Part shown: positions 62,211 through 64,000 of the stretch, piece after piece | Layout of the letters: each line of letters begins with the position of its first letter | Position numbering within the stretch: the first letter of the stretch is position 1 | Assembly (NCBI GenBank): GCA_023920165.1 | Contig: CP089275.1 | Span: 3,596,001-3,660,000 of the forward strand | From: Curvularia clavata | Lineage: Eukaryota | Length of the DNA: 64,000 nt | Direction: 5' to 3' | Translations under genes and position numbers: made by a program | Notes under the pieces: generated by a model | What the model was told of the DNA's origin: nothing | What the model saw: the letters and a program-made list of their open reading frames with translations, nothing else | Databases searched by the model: none

Positions 62211-63537
62211 CTATTCCTGATTCTCAGGATTTTCGGCCTTGACCAACTCAGGTCCCCAAAAAGCGTCTGATTCTTTTTCATATCCCTCTCGAGCAAGCTT
62301 CCTTCTTTTAGCTTTGCTCTCCTCTAGCGCATCACCTTGCACAGCGTCTCTCTTTTGGGCCTGATTGAGCTTGACAAGATCAACCTTGTCTGGGTCACGG
62401 CAGTTCTTCAACTTTTGCACGAGAGCTTTGACTTCGGCTTTGTGTTTTGCTTCGCGGGCGTCTCTCTCGGCAGCGGGAAGCGTATTGTTGACATAAAGCC
62501 GATGACTGGAGATGAGTGAGGCGCAGGAGCGCAGAGTAGATATGAGTTTGGCATAGTGGGGATGTGATTGGGGGAGTTTGGTGGAGATGTAAAACAGAGT
62601 GAGAGGTTCGTCAGCGAGGAGATGGGCTGAGAGCCAGATTTGGGATGGCGTATAGAGGAAGTAGGCGTCCGTAAGCACGGCAATGGTACGAAGCGTAGTC
62701 GTCGCAGTACCATATGCGGCATGGATTCGCTCCTCGACTTTCTTCTCTGGCATCTTGATGGCTGTGCCACCAGTTTTGGCGGGCAATGACAAGATCTTTG
62801 CTTGCACATCCTTTGGCGCCATATCTTGAATAGGGCCCTGGTACTTTCCATGCACCATTTCCAACATCTCCATGTGACCAGCTTTGAGAGCGCGGAACGG
62901 GTGTCGCACATCAAGGTTGTATCGTAGTCCCTGCATGATGATGTATTCGGGTGCGAGGACGTCTTCGGCGGTCACATTGCGTCCGGCACCTTCTGCGTAT
63001 TGGGAGACGTGGATGTTGAAGAGCTCAATCTTTGTGGCCATGAACATGATTGTGCGCAGAATGGTGTTGACGTGATAGGTCATGGGCGAGTTGTAGAGGT
63101 AGAAGCGGCGCATGAATTGGATGCATGTTGCCTGAGATTCTGTCAATATCGTGTCTCATTCGCAATGGCGATAGGTGGCGTACGACGACGTTCAGTGGGA
63201 AGCTGTAGTGGTTTCCCAGGGCTATGGCGCGCTCGCAAAACTCGTCGACAATCTTCAGCTCCTCTTCTGCGGTAAGGCAATTCACCTCGGTCACTGTCTG
63301 CATGCCCGGATTGGGCGTATTCGATCCGCTCGCATTCTCTTTGTCGGCGCTGGGGGTCGCGCCATCGTTGTCGGCATCCTGGGCGCGCTGTGCTCGCACG
63401 CGCGCAAGGTTCGCCTTGACGCGCTCGGTGGCCTGGAGATTGATCCTCAGACGCTGCTCGGCAAGCTGCGCGCGGGTGAAGGACCAGTTTCGGTATTGCG
63501 TGGAGCTTCGGTAGAGGTCGTCTTCTGTGAGCTTCAT
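62211..63537 (-). CDS. CCL1: Cyclin H (TFIIH/CAK cyclin Ccl1/Mcs2), 1 intron
   Basis: DDLYRSSTQYRNWSFT, LTAEEELKIV, spliced ATCIQFMRRFYLYNSPMTYH, FMATKIE, DVRHPFR, TDAYFLYTPSQIWL. Confidence 0.93.
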
Positions 63538-64000
63538 GGTTGCGTCGAGGGAGGTGGCTACGTACTCTCAGGGACGAACTTTCGGATAAGCCTGTCCTAC
63601 CACAACATTGCAGCCACCCACTCACCTTGACAAAATATGACTACGACCTCTGAAGCATATGAAATCGACTGCATTATCGGTTTTGAAGACTCTCAGTTAT
63701 TCATATCATTTATTTCATATTATGCAGATTATTTTGGTGATACTGACTATCAATCTATACCACTGTTGAAATTAGCTGTAATTGTCACGACTACTCACTG
63801 TATGCTATGTTCGTAGCACTTATGTATCCACTTTTAAAGGTTGTCGTAGTTGTCACATTTACTATTCAGTGTATTGACAGCGTATTTGAGCTCGATTTAA
63901 TTTTCCAATTTTATTGGTCGTGGAAGAATCAATTGAGCTGCTTTGGTAGCCCGGTTTTACCCCGGTACTACATCCATTCGTCGTGTAACAACTAGTAACA

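Noticed and set aside
11017..63537. BUR1, CCL1 and STO1 as a Pol II transcription gene cluster
   Set aside because: They are separated by 19-50 kb of unrelated genes, so co-occurrence is plausibly chance.

Overview
Gene-dense fungal chromosome segment (Pezizomycotina; the ~50-nt GT..CTRAC..YAG introns and gene set suggest Dothideomycetes/Pleosporales). The backbone is housekeeping: MINDY deubiquitinase, HOM3, CMAS/CNMT-like methyltransferase, NDUFB2, BUR1, RFC3, ARC18, NIPA transporter, STO1/CBP80, GSK3, peroxisomal acyl-CoA dehydrogenase, GPI19/PIG-P, histidine acid phosphatase, LTV1, LSG1 and cyclin H. Two accessory, immunity-related patches interrupt it. (i) 49.1-53.4 kb: an intact HET-NACHT-ankyrin-ZZ NLR. 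Its sensor has seven near-identical 99-bp repeats with patchwork hypervariable codons, and a decayed LINE gag fragment and an AT-rich tract follow it directly. (ii) 21.5-28.2 kb: a NACHT-less 'NLR N-terminal domain + ankyrin' gene, a secreted short peroxygenase and a patatin pseudogene. Also notable: an unexplained structured RNA/sORF candidate at ~61.0-61.2 kb, a hairpin-rich first intron in STO1, a predicted N-acylated tandem GRF zinc-finger protein, and well-placed CpcA/Gcn4, FarA and MCB promoter sites. All calls come from motif recognition by eye; no database searches were run.
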